A stretch of 64,000 nucleotides of DNA from Lewinellaceae bacterium. Its GTDB lineage: Bacteria > Bacteroidota > Bacteroidia > Chitinophagales > Saprospiraceae. The DNA is taken from positions 96,192 through 160,191 of the forward strand of contig JBBIKW010000009.1 of NCBI GenBank assembly GCA_037445225.1, given 5' to 3'. This document shows, piece by piece, positions 18,103 to 28,106 of this stretch. The notes below the pieces were generated by a model. The model ran no database searches. It saw nothing but the letters and a program-made list of their open reading frames with translations, and was not told where the DNA came from. Within the stretch, counting starts at the first letter, position 1; every line of letters starts with the position of its first letter. A program made the translations under genes and the position numbers.

Positions 18103-20721
18103 CTAAAAATCCATTCGCACGCGGAGGTTGAGGCGGCGGCCGGTCAAATAGTTGGGCACGGCGTATTGCAGGTTCGTGATGGCTTTTATCCAAAGATGGG
18201 AAGCCTCATTGGCCACCTGCATGAGATTGAACACCTCTATGCTGCCCCAAGTGTTGCGCGTGAAGCGCAGCGGATGGCGCGGCTTGCGCTCCAACCACTC
18301 GCGTTTCCACAGCTGAAACCCAAACCCGATGTCCACGCGATGGTAGGGGTTGAAGCGATACGGATTGCGATAGATGGTGTTGTTATCCGGTATTCCGAAG
18401 GGGAGCCCGGTGCCGAGAGTAAAGTTGAGGTGCATACGCAGGTTGGGATTTTTGGGCAAATAGTCCTGAAAAAAGGTGGAAAAGGTGAAGAAGCGGTCGG
18501 TGGGACGCGGCACGTCATGCAGAGGGGTGCCTTCGCGTTGCCCTAGCCTGCGCACCAAGTGCTGCACGCCGTACAGGGCTTCGCGCGTGCGCAGGAAGGA
18601 GAGGTTCACCCAGCTCTCTGCTCCCGGTACAAATTCGCCGTTGAGCCGCAAGTCCACGCCGGCAGCATAGCCGCGCAGGTCGTTTTCCCCAGAATAGCGG
18701 ATGCGCACGTTGTCGATGTCGTAAGAGACGAGATCCCACATGTGCTTGTAATAGGCCTCGGCGATGAGCCGCATCTTGACGGGGCGGCGTCGGCCCCATA
18801 AAAAGTCATAGGTGAGCCCCCCCACGACATGTGCTGAGCGCTGGGCGAGGAGATTGGGGTTGATACTGCCGTCGAGGCGACGCAGCTCGCGATAAAAAGC
18901 GGGTTGAAAGAAAAGACCTGTGGCAATGCGGAAAGAGATATCGCGCGGAGTGTTCAGTGGCTTGTACAACAGCTGTACGCGCGGAGTGACGAAGGCTTCG
19001 CCGTTAAGGCTCCAATACTGCCCGCGCAGACCGACAGTCAGCTGCCATTCGCGCAGGCCCACCTCGCGCCACGTCCAGGTGTCTTGAAAAAACGCGGCGA
19101 TCCGCCAGCTGTCCAGCGCATTGCGCCCCTTGAGCACGCGGCGCACGAGCAGCCGGGTGGTGTCGTAGGGCAGGGAATACAGAGCCGAGTCGAGCCGCTC
19201 CCATTCGTTAATGCGATCCACAGCGCTTTCGCTTTGCCATTTGAGGCCCCACTGAAAGAAATGGCTTCGGGTGAGCTCTTGCTCTGGGCGATCGTTTTGC
19301 CACTCCACGCCGCCGCGATACTCGACGTTGCGAACATCTAAGGTTAGGTAGTTGCGTATCCAAGTATGCTGGGTACCAGTGCCTAATACGCTGACGATTT
19401 CGCCAAAGTTGTCGGAGCCCAAGTCCGTGTCGAGCTGTCCCAAGAGGTAGTAGCTCAAGATGTCGAAGCGCTCGTTCTCCTGGCTGCGCCAGGCAGAAGC
19501 TAAGAATTTGTGGTAGACGGGGTTTCGGTCGCGTTTGGGCAAATAGGTGAGCGCCACGCCTCCCATAGCTTGGGTAAAGTCGTCTATTTCCTGACCTTCG
19601 AAGACGGAGCGCAGTTGAAGGGTGAAATCGATCAAGCCGAAAGCTCGGGCTAAGCTTTGCGGTACAAAGCGGTACACGGAGCGGTTGTAGTTGCCCAGCA
19701 CACTTAACTGCCAGTGCCGACTTAAATCGTACGTCAGATACGTCTGTATGTCGTAGAAGTCGGGTACGTATTCCCCGCGCACGTCGAGGCTCGAGAGCAA
19801 GACGCGCGTTGTCTTGTAGCGAGCACCTGCCAAGAAGCGGAAAGCCCGGTACGGATCGGTGCGGTGCTTGACACTGCCCTCTATATGCGCACTTCCGCCC
19901 AGTAGGCTAGCCCCGATGCTAGCCCGCAGGCTATCAGGGCGCTTGTATCGGATATCGAGCACCGAGGAGAGCTTGTCGCCGTAACGCGCTTGAAAACCTC
20001 CGGAGGAAAAGGACAGGTCGCGCACCAAGTCTAAGTTGGGAAACGATAACCCCTCCTGCTGTCCGGCGCGCACCAGCTGGGGGCGGTAGATTTCAAAGTC
20101 GTTGACGTAGACCAGGTTTTCGTCGTAGTTGCCGCCGCGCACCTGGTACTGGGAGGTAAGCTCGCCGCCAGCACCCGTATTAACGCCCAAAGCGATGTGC
20201 GGAAGTACGCTCTCTAAATTGCCCGTAGTCGTAGGCAGCAGGCGCAGGGCTTCGATGCGCTGCTCGCGCACCATGCCGGCGTCGTCGAGCCGGCGGTCGC
20301 GCACGATCACCTCTAAGTTTGTCCGTTCCGGCGCAAGCGCTACATCCAATCCGAAACGCGCCTCGGGTGCCAAGGGCAGGACATCGATGCTCGCTTCGCG
20401 ATACCCTAAGCGCCGAAAAGTCAACACTAAGCGCTGACCAGAAGGTACCCGAATAGCATAGTGGCCGCGCTCGTCCGAATAGACACCTCCTGAGCCCTCT
20501 TTAACGACAATCAGCGCCAGCTCCAACGGCTGGCCGTCTACGGCATCACTTACCTTTCCGTATACGAGTGCTGTCGGCGACTGCCCCCAAAGGGCAAGGC
20601 TCCCCTCTCCTCCCCACAGCGCAAAAAGCCCCGCACAAAGGAGAACCCCACTCCTGCATATTCGAACGCAAAGAAAGCGCCTCGCCAGGCTGAACCGTTG
20701 TACCCAAGTCCGTTTCCGCAA
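18103..20721 (-). CDS. TonB-dependent receptor-like outer-membrane protein with N-terminal carboxypeptidase-regulatory-like domain
   Basis: 872 aa. YGKVSDAVDGQPLELALIVV…ERGHYAIRVPSG (CarbopepD_reg-like), then a plug-like region and a long beta-barrel ending in …RVRMDF (terminal Phe). The TTG start at 20721 is uncertain. Confidence 0.7.
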   Translation of the reverse strand: MRKRTWVQRFSLARRFLCVRICRSGVLLCAGLFALWGGEGSLALWGQSPTALVYGKVSDAVDGQPLELALIVVKEGSGGVYSDERGHYAIRVPSGQRLVLTFRRLGYREASIDVLPLAPEARFGLDVALAPERTNLEVIVRDRRLDDAGMVREQRIEALRLLPTTTGNLESVLPHIALGVNTGAGGELTSQYQVRGGNYDENLVYVNDFEIYRPQLVRAGQQEGLSFPNLDLVRDLSFSSGGFQARYGDKLSSVLDIRYKRPDSLRASIGASLLGGSAHIEGSVKHRTDPYRAFRFLAGARYKTTRVLLSSLDVRGEYVPDFYDIQTYLTYDLSRHWQLSVLGNYNRSVYRFVPQSLARAFGLIDFTLQLRSVFEGQEIDDFTQAMGGVALTYLPKRDRNPVYHKFLASAWRSQENERFDILSYYLLGQLDTDLGSDNFGEIVSVLGTGTQHTWIRNYLTLDVRNVEYRGGVEWQNDRPEQELTRSHFFQWGLKWQSESAVDRINEWERLDSALYSLPYDTTRLLVRRVLKGRNALDSWRIAAFFQDTWTWREVGLREWQLTVGLRGQYWSLNGEAFVTPRVQLLYKPLNTPRDISFRIATGLFFQPAFYRELRRLDGSINPNLLAQRSAHVVGGLTYDFLWGRRRPVKMRLIAEAYYKHMWDLVSYDIDNVRIRYSGENDLRGYAAGVDLRLNGEFVPGAESWVNLSFLRTREALYGVQHLVRRLGQREGTPLHDVPRPTDRFFTFSTFFQDYLPKNPNLRMHLNFTLGTGLPFGIPDNNTIYRNPYRFNPYHRVDIGFGFQLWKREWLERKPRHPLRFTRNTWGSIEVFNLMQVANEASHLWIKAITNLQYAVPNYLTGRRLNLRVRMDF

Positions 20722-20819
20722 TGCTCACCGATTTTTTCTGACTAAAATAGCACCTCCGCTTACCACCGCGGGCCGCTGCAAAGAACGCAAAAGCACCGCA
20801 AGAACGAGGAAAAGCCGGT

Positions 20820-21527
20820 TCAGGACTTGAGCTGATGATAAACACTTATCCGAAAAATGTCGCGCAGCGTGAGGCGGTCGGGTCTACCGAAAGGCTGCCA
20901 TTGGAGCAAGTAGCCCATTTCGAGACGCGTCTGCGGCGATACCCTGCCCGATGCGCCTACGTAGAAGCGGTTCTGATCAAATACAGCAGGAGCTCCGCGC
21001 CCCCAGTTGAGAAATACCTCATCGGATACGTGTACCGCGATGCGCTCTTGAAACACCAGCCAATTCAATTGTGCTCGGTAGCGCCCTCGCCAAAAGAACC
21101 ACACATCGTCATCGGAGAAAAAGCGCTGCTCTATGCGATAGCGGTGTTGCAGCGTCACCTTAGCGGAGAGCGCTCCTCGATGGTGGAACTCTTGGAAGGT
21201 GCGCCACTCCGCCCGCCGCGGAAAGGAAGAGCTGGTCGGTTCTGCCGCTCCGTTCTCTGAGCGGGTAATACCCACCGCACCCTCAAACTCCGGCCGCCAA
21301 GCATAGTGGAGGTGCGTATGCAGCACCAATTGATGCCAGCGCCCACTCGACAGCCAAAACCGATAATCTACCTCTTGGTGCAATGTCCAGGCCGGATGAA
21401 AGGACCAGGTCAGATAATAGCGGTTCCAAGAGACGCCATGACGCTGAACTACCTTAGGCGGTTGGGCTGACAGCACACTGTTTGAAATACTTAAGGCAAG
21501 ACAAAATACGACCCATCTAAACTTCAT
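20820..21527 (-). CDS. DUF2490-like outer-membrane protein
   Basis: 235 aa. Signal peptide. W/R/Y-rich beta-strand pattern with HRYRIEQRFF, reminiscent of DUF2490. Lies upstream of the TonB-dependent receptor gene on the same strand. Confidence 0.45.
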   Translation of the reverse strand: MKFRWVVFCLALSISNSVLSAQPPKVVQRHGVSWNRYYLTWSFHPAWTLHQEVDYRFWLSSGRWHQLVLHTHLHYAWRPEFEGAVGITRSENGAAEPTSSSFPRRAEWRTFQEFHHRGALSAKVTLQHRYRIEQRFFSDDDVWFFWRGRYRAQLNWLVFQERIAVHVSDEVFLNWGRGAPAVFDQNRFYVGASGRVSPQTRLEMGYLLQWQPFGRPDRLTLRDIFRISVYHQLKS

Positions 21528-21762
21528 GCATTCATCTTCAATTGCCGCAAAGAAACGGTTTTTTGGGGCCGATTAGCACCTCTCTCCCCTCTCCCGAGTG
21601 AGAAATTGTCGCTTGCGGCAGTAGCGTCGGTTCTAATCTATGCTTGCTCGAAGGGACAGCACTAAGGCAATTTCAGAAACCCTTACTTGCCGTTAATGCG
21701 GTGCACCATCAGTCAGAAGTTCTAAAGAGAGCACGCTGGCGGGAGGGAGGCTGTTCTCCGCA

Positions 21763-22077
21763 TTAACTCACTTGGGCGCGCAAGCTCGTCCACGCCCCAC
21801 CGTTGTAGGCTTCGATGCCGTTTTTTCTGAGCAATTCTACCGCTGCCTGACTGCGGGCCCCACTTCGGCATACGGCGATCACTGGGATACCTTTCTTGTG
21901 AAGCGTCGATACTTGGCTCGGCAGCCGGTCTAACGGGATGTTGACAGCACCCTGTAAATGCCCAGAGCGAAACTCCTCGGGCGTGCGCACATCCACGACC
22001 AAGGCACCATCCCTAAGCAGCTGCTTAAAATCCACTCGCGGCCCTAACCCGAATAGCGATTTCAACCATTGAAGCAT
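21763..22077 (-). CDS. rhodanese-like domain protein
   Basis: 104 aa. VVDVRTPEEFRSGHLQGAVNIPL and the active-site loop CRSGARS. Confidence 0.88.
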   Translation of the reverse strand: MLQWLKSLFGLGPRVDFKQLLRDGALVVDVRTPEEFRSGHLQGAVNIPLDRLPSQVSTLHKKGIPVIAVCRSGARSQAAVELLRKNGIEAYNGGAWTSLRAQVS

Positions 22078-22110
22078 AGCTCGACTGTCCTATTAGGTTG
22101 TTGTTGAGAC

Positions 22111-22386
22111 TTATTGATGAAGCGCATAGAGCACCTCTTCCAAGCTGCCACCATTGTGTACGTCCGACACACCGGCCTGGCGCAAGATCTGTACCGCCAT
22201 TCCACTGCGGTTCCCGCTGCGGCAATACAGCACGCGTGGCGCAGGGAGAGCAGCTACCTCTTCTATGCGGTAGGGTATGGTATCTAACGGGATGTTAATG
22301 GCGCCCTCTACGTGGCCACTTTGGAATTCTTCGGGCGTGCGAACATCGATAAGGGTCATCTTTTCTGTGCTTTTTTGCGTAGTCAT
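22111..22386 (-). CDS. rhodanese-like domain protein
   Basis: 91 aa from the ATG at 22386 (the track ORF extends to 22491). LIDVRTPEEFQSGHVEGAINIPL and the active-site loop CRSGNRS. Confidence 0.85.
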   Translation of the reverse strand: MTTQKSTEKMTLIDVRTPEEFQSGHVEGAINIPLDTIPYRIEEVAALPAPRVLYCRSGNRSGMAVQILRQAGVSDVHNGGSLEEVLYALHQ

Positions 22387-22417
22387 GAAGAAAAAATCTT
22401 TTTGTGAAAAAGGCAAC

Positions 22418-22425
22418 GCAAAGGT
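22418..22425 (-). promoter_or_regulatory. -7 promoter box TACCTTTG (minus strand)
   Basis: Forward CAAAGGTA, 32 nt upstream of the ATG at 22386. This supports the shorter start. Confidence 0.45.
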
Positions 22426-22506
22426 ATAGGCATACCCACGCGCCTGAACGTGACTTCGGTCACGATACCTTCTCTTTACCCTGGAAAGCACCTGCGGAGT
22501 AAAATA

Positions 22507-23793
22507 TCAGCGCAGAGCTTCTCGAAAGGAACTCAAGTCGGGTATACGTCCTCGCTTTCGCGTTCGTTCGTAGTGGTACGCTGCTTGCGCCAGCTTGGCT
22601 AAGAAGGGCCGTCCCACTGTTTCGTATTCGTACTGGTCGTCATTAAAGATGCCGTCGTCGTTGCACAGAATGGTCGCTGCCAGAATGAACTCCACGCCGG
22701 TGTCAAAATCCACTATGTAGGCCACATCCGTCAGCGTCCCGTATGCCTGCCCTACCTTGTTGAATATGCGCAGCGAAGCCGGCGGCTTCCCGGTACTGTC
22801 AGAAAAGAGGTAGTATTTGACGAAATCATCTGGGTATTGGCGCGGGTCATAAGAAGGGGCATCGCACTCGCGAGGGAAAAGCCCCATATACTTCCAAACG
22901 AAGCGATAGTCCTCCTTACTTAGATCGAAGCGATGCTGTGCCGGCACCGCTGCTGGAAACAGGATGGAGCGAAGCATCTGCTCCATATCGGTCAGTGCAA
23001 ACCAATTCTTTCCACTCATATCGAAAGGCTCTTCAACAAGCCGCCCCTCTGCGTCTACCCAGCCTTTGCCCTGGCGCGTGCCGTTTTGCGGGTTAACCCA
23101 AAGCTGCTGTCCGACCTTTTCTGCCTCTCGATAAATGACGACACTGCCTTCAGGGGAATAGAACGTCATTGGGCTAGCGTAGCGCTGGTCGCGCCGAGGA
23201 GCATAGAAGCGATGGACTATACCTGTGCGCGTATACCCCTTCTCGCGCAGTGTCTGGTTGATGTAGTCGATTCCCAAGAAGTCGAAAAGGTGGTTATAAG
23301 AAGGGTTGTCGCTGACCACAAAGACCCTGCGGATATCGTGTGCTAAAGTGGGCAGACCAGTGGGCGCGGTGCTATCGGCGCAATAAGCTTGCTGAAAAGG
23401 CCGCAGCGAGTCAATGCAGTACGGAGTATTTGGGCTAAGCATAGGATAACCGCTTCGCCTCAGGCGATGTACCTTTTCCAATGCCAACAAGGCTAAGGGC
23501 ATTTTGACCATGCTGGCCGGATAAAAGTAACGCGTGCTGTCTACTCTGAAACCATAGGTGCGGAAGAGCGGAGAGCCATCGCGGCGCCGGTCGATTTGGG
23601 TGTAAAGGATTTGCACGGAAGAGCGTTCAGCGCTGTCGAGCACTTGTCGCGCCAAAGGGTCCTGGCGAAGTCGCTGAAGTATTGCCGTCAAAGGGTTGTC
23701 TTCTTGTGGGAGCTTTCTGGATCCCATACAGGCATTCCAGATGCCGATACCCAACAGCAGCCAAAACAGCGATCTTAATGAGTGTACAGGCAT
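22507..23793 (-). CDS. serine hydrolase, class A beta-lactamase-related
   Basis: 428 aa. Signal peptide. S-x-x-K nucleophile motif in YPASMVKMPLALLALEK. Downstream SDN-like VSDNPSYN. Confidence 0.65.
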   Translation of the reverse strand: MPVHSLRSLFWLLLGIGIWNACMGSRKLPQEDNPLTAILQRLRQDPLARQVLDSAERSSVQILYTQIDRRRDGSPLFRTYGFRVDSTRYFYPASMVKMPLALLALEKVHRLRRSGYPMLSPNTPYCIDSLRPFQQAYCADSTAPTGLPTLAHDIRRVFVVSDNPSYNHLFDFLGIDYINQTLREKGYTRTGIVHRFYAPRRDQRYASPMTFYSPEGSVVIYREAEKVGQQLWVNPQNGTRQGKGWVDAEGRLVEEPFDMSGKNWFALTDMEQMLRSILFPAAVPAQHRFDLSKEDYRFVWKYMGLFPRECDAPSYDPRQYPDDFVKYYLFSDSTGKPPASLRIFNKVGQAYGTLTDVAYIVDFDTGVEFILAATILCNDDGIFNDDQYEYETVGRPFLAKLAQAAYHYERTRKRGRIPDLSSFREALR

Positions 23794-24144
23794 ACTTCCT
23801 TCACATTGCGACTACAAAACAACGACACTCTCCTGTAAAAGCGCATAAACAAAAGGCACATACGCGTTTCAGCCGTATTTCTCTACCGGATGAAACGGCC
23901 CCGAGGCTACTCCCGCCTCCACCCCCTGCGAGATTACCTCTGCGCAAAGAGGTAGCTCTTATCGGCAGCATCCACAGCAAGCATGGCGGCCCACTTAAGG
24001 CCATTCTTTGACTTTCTTGTGAAATAACCCCCAACTAAATACACTGAAAATCAACTTTTTAGGATTAAAAAACCTTAGAGAAGAACAAGTCTTGTGAACA
24101 CAGAAACCCGCCGATTAATTTTGCTGTTTCACAATGTACGTACC

Positions 24145-26181
24145 ATGGAATTTCGATTGCACGCGCCATATCAGCCCACGGGAGACCAGCCGCAGGCCAT
24201 TCGCCAGCTCGTAGAGGGCATCCGTCGAGGAGAACGCGCCCAAGTGCTGCTCGGCGTCACCGGCTCGGGAAAGACCTTCACCATAGCTAATGTGATCGCA
24301 CAGGTCAATAAGCCGACCCTGGTGCTCACCCACAACAAAACCTTGACGGCGCAGCTGTACAGCGAGCTGCAGTCCTTCTTTCCCGAAAACGCGGTGGAGT
24401 ACTTCGTGTCGTATTACGACTACTACCAACCCGAGTCGTACCTGCCGGTTACCGACACGTATATCGAAAAGGATCTGCAAATTAACGAGTTGGTCGACAA
24501 GTTGCGCCTCCGCGCCACCAGTACCCTGTTGTCGGGGCGGCGCGATATCATTATTGTAGCTTCTGTCTCGTGTATTTACGGCATGGGTAATCCGGAGGAC
24601 TACGCTACCGGTATCATCCGCTTGGAGCGCGGAGCCAAGATGTCGAAGACGCAATTTCTCTATGCGCTGACCGATAGCCTGTACTCGCGTACGGAAGGAG
24701 ATCTGACGCGAGGGACATTTCGCGTGCGCGGCGACAGCGTAGATATTTATCTACCCTACGCCGACTGGGGCTACCGCGTCATCTTTTGGGGTGACCTGGT
24801 AGAAAGCATCGAGACGATCGACGTGCAAAGCGGGAAACGCATCGCCGACACCGACCGCGCAGTTATCTTCCCGGCCAACCTGTACGTGGCGCCCAAAGAC
24901 CGGCTTGCCGAGATTATCCGGGCCATCGAAGACGAGATGATCGCCCAAGAGCAGTACTTCCTCTCAGAGGGGCGCCTCGTCGAGGCACGACGGATACGCG
25001 AGCGCACAACCTTCGACTTAGAGATGATCCGCGAATTAGGCTATTGCAGCGGCATCGAAAACTACTCTCGCTTTTTCGATCGGCGTCCTCCTGGGGTGCG
25101 CCCGTTCTGCCTGCTCGACTATTTTCCAGAGGACTACCTGATGATTGTGGATGAGAGCCATGTGACCATCCCTCAACTGCGCGGAATGTGGAGCGGTGAC
25201 CGCGCCCGAAAACAAACCTTGGTCCATTATGGCTTTCGCCTGCCCTCCGCTATCGACAACCGGCCGCTCAGCTTTGAAGAATTCGAAAGCCTCATCAACC
25301 AAGTCATCTTCGTCAGCGCCACGCCCAGCGACTACGAGCTCCAGCAGACAGAGGGCGTGGTCGTGGAGCAGCTCATCCGTCCTACAGGTCTGCTCGACCC
25401 CCCCATCGAAGTACGCCCCTCGCTCCACCAGATCGACGACTTGTTGGAGGAGATTCAGCGGCGGGTCGAGCGCCAAGAACGCACATTGGTTGCTACGCTC
25501 ACCAAGCGCATGGCCGAAGAGCTCAGCGCCTATTTGACCAAAATGGGCGTCCGTTGCCGCTATATCCACAGCGAAGTAGAGACGCTCGACCGCGTCGAGA
25601 TCCTGCGCGACCTGCGTCTGGGCGAGTTCGATGTGTTGGTTGGCGTCAACCTCCTGCGCGAAGGGCTCGACTTGCCCGAAGTGTCGCTCGTCGCCATCCT
25701 CGACGCCGACAAAGAGGGATTTCTCCGCAACGTGCGCTCCCTTACCCAGACGGCAGGACGAGCGGCTCGCAACGCCAACGGTTTGGTCATCTTCTACGCC
25801 GACCAGATCACCGACTCCATGCGGCAAACCATCGAAGAGACTCAGCGGCGCCGCAGCATACAAATGGCGTACAACGAAGCGCACGGCATCACGCCGCGCA
25901 CCATTCACCGAAGCCGCGAAGAGATTTTGGCACAGCGCACTATCTTAGAGATCCGCGGCACAGAGGCCTCACCCTATTACGTCGAACCCGAAGCGCCCAC
26001 CTTAGCTGCCGAGCCTATTGTGGCCTATGCTACGCGTCCGCAGCTCGAAAAGATGATTGCTGAAACCGAAGCGCGCATGAAAAAGGCCGCTAAAGAGCTC
26101 GACTTTCTCACTGCAGCGCAACTCCGCGACGAGATGTTAGCCCTCAAAAAGCAATTGCGCGAGCGCTTCGGCGCAGATTAA
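24145..26181 (+). CDS. uvrB: excinuclease ABC subunit B
   Basis: 678 aa from the ATG at 24145. YQPTGDQPQAI, Walker A GVTGSGKT, DESH box, beta-hairpin YYDYYQPE, and a C-terminal UVR motif (LTAAQLRDEMLALKKQL). Confidence 0.95.
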   Translation: MEFRLHAPYQPTGDQPQAIRQLVEGIRRGERAQVLLGVTGSGKTFTIANVIAQVNKPTLVLTHNKTLTAQLYSELQSFFPENAVEYFVSYYDYYQPESYLPVTDTYIEKDLQINELVDKLRLRATSTLLSGRRDIIIVASVSCIYGMGNPEDYATGIIRLERGAKMSKTQFLYALTDSLYSRTEGDLTRGTFRVRGDSVDIYLPYADWGYRVIFWGDLVESIETIDVQSGKRIADTDRAVIFPANLYVAPKDRLAEIIRAIEDEMIAQEQYFLSEGRLVEARRIRERTTFDLEMIRELGYCSGIENYSRFFDRRPPGVRPFCLLDYFPEDYLMIVDESHVTIPQLRGMWSGDRARKQTLVHYGFRLPSAIDNRPLSFEEFESLINQVIFVSATPSDYELQQTEGVVVEQLIRPTGLLDPPIEVRPSLHQIDDLLEEIQRRVERQERTLVATLTKRMAEELSAYLTKMGVRCRYIHSEVETLDRVEILRDLRLGEFDVLVGVNLLREGLDLPEVSLVAILDADKEGFLRNVRSLTQTAGRAARNANGLVIFYADQITDSMRQTIEETQRRRSIQMAYNEAHGITPRTIHRSREEILAQRTILEIRGTEASPYYVEPEAPTLAAEPIVAYATRPQLEKMIAETEARMKKAAKELDFLTAAQLRDEMLALKKQLRERFGAD

Positions 26182-26221
26182 CCCCCCTACCTTCCGAACC
26201 TTTACTTCTGCACACCTTACC

Positions 26222-27031
26222 ATGGAAAGCGGCGGCAAAATCTTGGGCGGCATCATTGGGATGATGGTACTCGACCTGATCGGTGTTCCTGCCGGAGCCT
26301 TCTGGGGCTTTTTGTTGGGCCTCATCGTTGGCCACATATGGATTGATCGCCCCAAGTTGGTAACTGCTGCAGCCCAGTCGCCTCTCGAGCATCGCCAGCG
26401 CGGCGCCTTCATCTATTACCTGGTGTGCATGAGCGCGCGGGTAGCCAAGGCCGACGGCCCTATCAACCGCGCTGAAATCCAGTTCATGGAGCAACTTATG
26501 CGCCAACACCTGCGCCTCAGCGAAAAGGGCCGGCGCGACGCCATCCGCGTATGGAACAGCGCCAAAGATGGGGAAACCGCCTTTCATCAGTACGCTCAGG
26601 CGTTTTACCGCGACTTCCGCTCGGAGCGCCACCGAGTGATGAACGCCATAGACCTGTTGTTTGCTTTGGCGGCTGCCGACAGCTCGCGGTTGCATCCAGC
26701 AGAAGAAGAGCTCCTCTTGCGCGCTGCGGGCATATTTCATATCAGCCGCCTGCAGTTTGAGCGCATCAAGGCGCGCTATTTTGCTCCGCCAACACACGCT
26801 ACCCCCTCGTGGTCGCCCTTAGACCCGCATTACGCCATCTTAGGCGCCAGCCCTTCCGACTCGATCGAGGTCATCCGGCGAAAGTATCGCGAGCTTGCCC
26901 TTCGCTGGCATCCCGACCGCGTCCAAGCGCGCGGAGGCTCTCCCGAGGCCATTCGACACGCTCAGGAAAAGTTTCGGCAAATCGCCGAGGCCTACGAGCG
27001 CATCTTAGAGAACCGAGCCAAAGAGCGCTAA
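26222..27031 (+). CDS. djlA: DjlA-type co-chaperone (TM anchor, TerB-like domain, C-terminal J domain)
   Basis: 269 aa. N-terminal TM segment. J domain DPHYAILGASPSDSIEVIRRKYRELALRWHPDRV with the HPD tripeptide. Confidence 0.8.
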   Translation: MESGGKILGGIIGMMVLDLIGVPAGAFWGFLLGLIVGHIWIDRPKLVTAAAQSPLEHRQRGAFIYYLVCMSARVAKADGPINRAEIQFMEQLMRQHLRLSEKGRRDAIRVWNSAKDGETAFHQYAQAFYRDFRSERHRVMNAIDLLFALAAADSSRLHPAEEELLLRAAGIFHISRLQFERIKARYFAPPTHATPSWSPLDPHYAILGASPSDSIEVIRRKYRELALRWHPDRVQARGGSPEAIRHAQEKFRQIAEAYERILENRAKER

Positions 27032-27066
27032 AGCAAAAAACCTCTCGGCGACGTCTCGCAGAGAGG
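27032..27066. terminator. hairpin terminator between convergent djlA and sprF-like genes
   Basis: CCTCTCGGCGA-CGTC-TCGCAGAGAGG, 10 base pairs plus one internal G-A mismatch. It is preceded on the plus strand by AAGCAAAAAA, which gives a U-tract for the minus-strand transcript. Confidence 0.55.
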
Positions 27067-27122
27067 CCAAATCCCCAAAACCAATTGTTTACTGGTTTTC
27101 TCTTCACCTCAGCGGCCACTTA

Positions 27123-28079
27123 TTATTGGCCTAACTGATAAATGTTGGTATTTTGGATAGGAACAGGCGGCTTCTTGCGTCTAAACGCATACGCAAAGGA
27201 AAACTCGTGTGAGCCCGAGCTGTATTGTTGGAATGGCCCAAACGACACATCGTACGTGTAGAAGAGGTTGAAGCGGTTGTACTGCGTGCCGATAAGGAAC
27301 GCCATAGAGCCTCTCGAGTTGGGTCGATAGGTGAGCCCTGCAATGAGCTTGTTGTCCAAAAACCGCCCCTGCACGTTGAGGTCGACCTGGAAGGGGACAT
27401 CGCGAATACTGCGCACCGCTATCGAGGGGATAAGCGTGAAGTTGTGTTGGTATATCGGCAGCATGCCGCCCAATTGCAAGATGAAGTAGCGGAGACCGGC
27501 GCCGCTTTCTGCCTGTGGATTGTCGACGGGGATTTCATCCAAGCGGGCGCGAATGGCCGAAGGCAATACCAAGCTGACAAACATCGCGTTGTCATATAGG
27601 ATATGCGCCCCAAAAGAGGAAGTGAATAAGCGTTGGCCGTCGGTAGCCCCCTCCAATACCGCATCGCGCACGTCGATGAGCGGGTTGGTCAGCACATCGC
27701 TGTTGAGACGCCGCCGCAGAAACTCCGTCGTCAACCCCAACCCTATTTGAGTGCGATCTACCTTGAAGCGGAACGAATATATGCCTTGAATGCGCGAGAC
27801 AATCTGGTTGCCGATATATTCGGTAAAAAGACTACCACCTAAGCCGAGCTTGTCGCCGACAGGCCCTGTATACAGGAAGGTGTAGCTTCGCGGTGCACCG
27901 GGAAAGCCCGCCCATGAGTGGCGCGCATTGGCCAGCAAGAGAAACTCGTTGTCGAAACCCGCTACGCCGGGATTGATGAGGTTTTGGAAAACCTGGTACT
28001 GAGAATAGATAGCATGCTCTTGAGCCGCAGCAGAGGCGACCCAAAGGCCAAACAGCAGGGAGTAAATTGCTTTTTTCAT
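27123..28079 (-). CDS. type IX secretion system membrane protein, PorP/SprF family
   Basis: 318 aa from the ATG at 28079. Signal peptide MKKAIYSLLFGLWVASAAAQ, then IYSQYQVFQNLINPGVAGF, the characteristic PorP/SprF N-terminal motif. Beta-barrel-like remainder. Confidence 0.85.
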   Translation of the reverse strand: MKKAIYSLLFGLWVASAAAQEHAIYSQYQVFQNLINPGVAGFDNEFLLLANARHSWAGFPGAPRSYTFLYTGPVGDKLGLGGSLFTEYIGNQIVSRIQGIYSFRFKVDRTQIGLGLTTEFLRRRLNSDVLTNPLIDVRDAVLEGATDGQRLFTSSFGAHILYDNAMFVSLVLPSAIRARLDEIPVDNPQAESGAGLRYFILQLGGMLPIYQHNFTLIPSIAVRSIRDVPFQVDLNVQGRFLDNKLIAGLTYRPNSRGSMAFLIGTQYNRFNLFYTYDVSFGPFQQYSSGSHEFSFAYAFRRKKPPVPIQNTNIYQLGQ

Positions 28080-28106
28080 GACCAAATCGATAATGGGAAA
28101 ATAGTT

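Noticed and set aside
21692-21767. 10-bp inverted repeat GTTAATGCGG…CCGCATTAAC, 56 nt apart, overlapping the rhodanese stop codon.
   Set aside because: The loop is long, there is no U-tract, and I could not find a supporting inner stem. Not convincing as a terminator or a binding site.
23930-23958. Hairpin GAGATTACCTCT-GCGCAA-AGAGGTAGCTC in the 350-nt region upstream of uvrB.
   Set aside because: It is a stable stem, but it has no U-tract, no repeat elsewhere in the window and no recognisable SOS-box-like palindrome. Function cannot be argued from sequence alone.
24115-26063. ORFs antisense to or out of frame with uvrB (179 aa, 290 aa, 169 aa and others).
   Set aside because: uvrB motifs are unambiguous on the plus strand. 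The alternatives are R/A/G/V-rich shadows.
26144-26797. 217-aa minus-strand ORF opposite djlA.
   Set aside because: It has no recognisable motifs, whereas the plus frame has a TM anchor and an HPD J domain.
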